A stretch of DNA of 64,000 nucleotides from Takakia lepidozioides (Eukaryota; Plantae; Bryophyta), in NCBI GenBank assembly GCA_030704615.1, contig CM060731.1, positions 74,772,001 to 74,836,000 of the forward strand. Reading direction: 5' to 3'. Shown in pieces: positions 63,777 through 64,000 of this stretch. Numbering within the stretch: position 1 is the first letter of the stretch; every line of letters begins with the position of its first letter. Position numbers and translations under genes: made by a program. Below the pieces are notes generated by a model. That model was not told where the DNA came from and ran no database searches. It saw nothing but the letters and a program-made list of their open reading frames with translations.

Positions 63777-64000
63777 GTTGGTCTGGGTCTCCTCTTCTTA
63801 TTGAATGGTGCATTTGATGAGGGAATTTGTAGTGAACTTTGACCTCTCAAAGATACTAGAGTTTCTCTTTGCTGGTCTCCTTGCTGGTATCATACGTGGC
63901 AAATAGAATCTATGATCAGATGTCAATAAACCTTACTTCAATTCATCGAAGGTGAATTCATCATGTAAGATGACATCCCAATACAAATATTGTCCTGATC

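Overview
Eukaryotic land-plant genomic DNA. A non-seed plant (bryophyte, lycophyte or fern) is likely but inferred, from the very regular PLS-type PPR gene and the retroelement architecture. The first ~39 kb is nested transposable-element DNA. (1) At 0.5-7.7 kb, a decayed spliced gene joins a ParB/Srx-like N-terminal domain (DGNH[R>W]) to an amino-(N6A/N4C) DNA-methyltransferase-like C-terminus (DLPDG..LKDKGCLVMF). About 18 RTCG-N4-CGAY palindromes surround it, and their outer arms co-vary. (2) Three copies of one non-chromovirus Ty3/Gypsy family carry ~1.03-kb LTRs, an Arg-type PBS, a 5' ORF starting inside the LTR and a large 3' extra ORF; one copy is inserted head-to-head into another. (3) Three pieces belong to a TIR DNA-transposon family with termini GGGGG(A/C)TGCTA, a degenerate 9-bp TSD and palindromic arrays sharing a CG-N4-CG core. 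(4) A LINE has a 5'-inverted RT segment. A 500-N gap lies at 31038-31537. The right part holds host genes: a PPR pseudogene, a PLS-E-DYW PPR gene with an intact repeat array but frameshifted DYW domain, RPS15A, an orphan 176-aa ORF, tRNA-derived SINEs and the first five coding exons of an SPX-MFS (PHT5/VPT-type) gene. The best candidate for an undescribed system is the ParB-like/methyltransferase gene with its palindromic sites, which it shares with the TIR transposon family. All domain calls are by eye from motifs; no searches were run.
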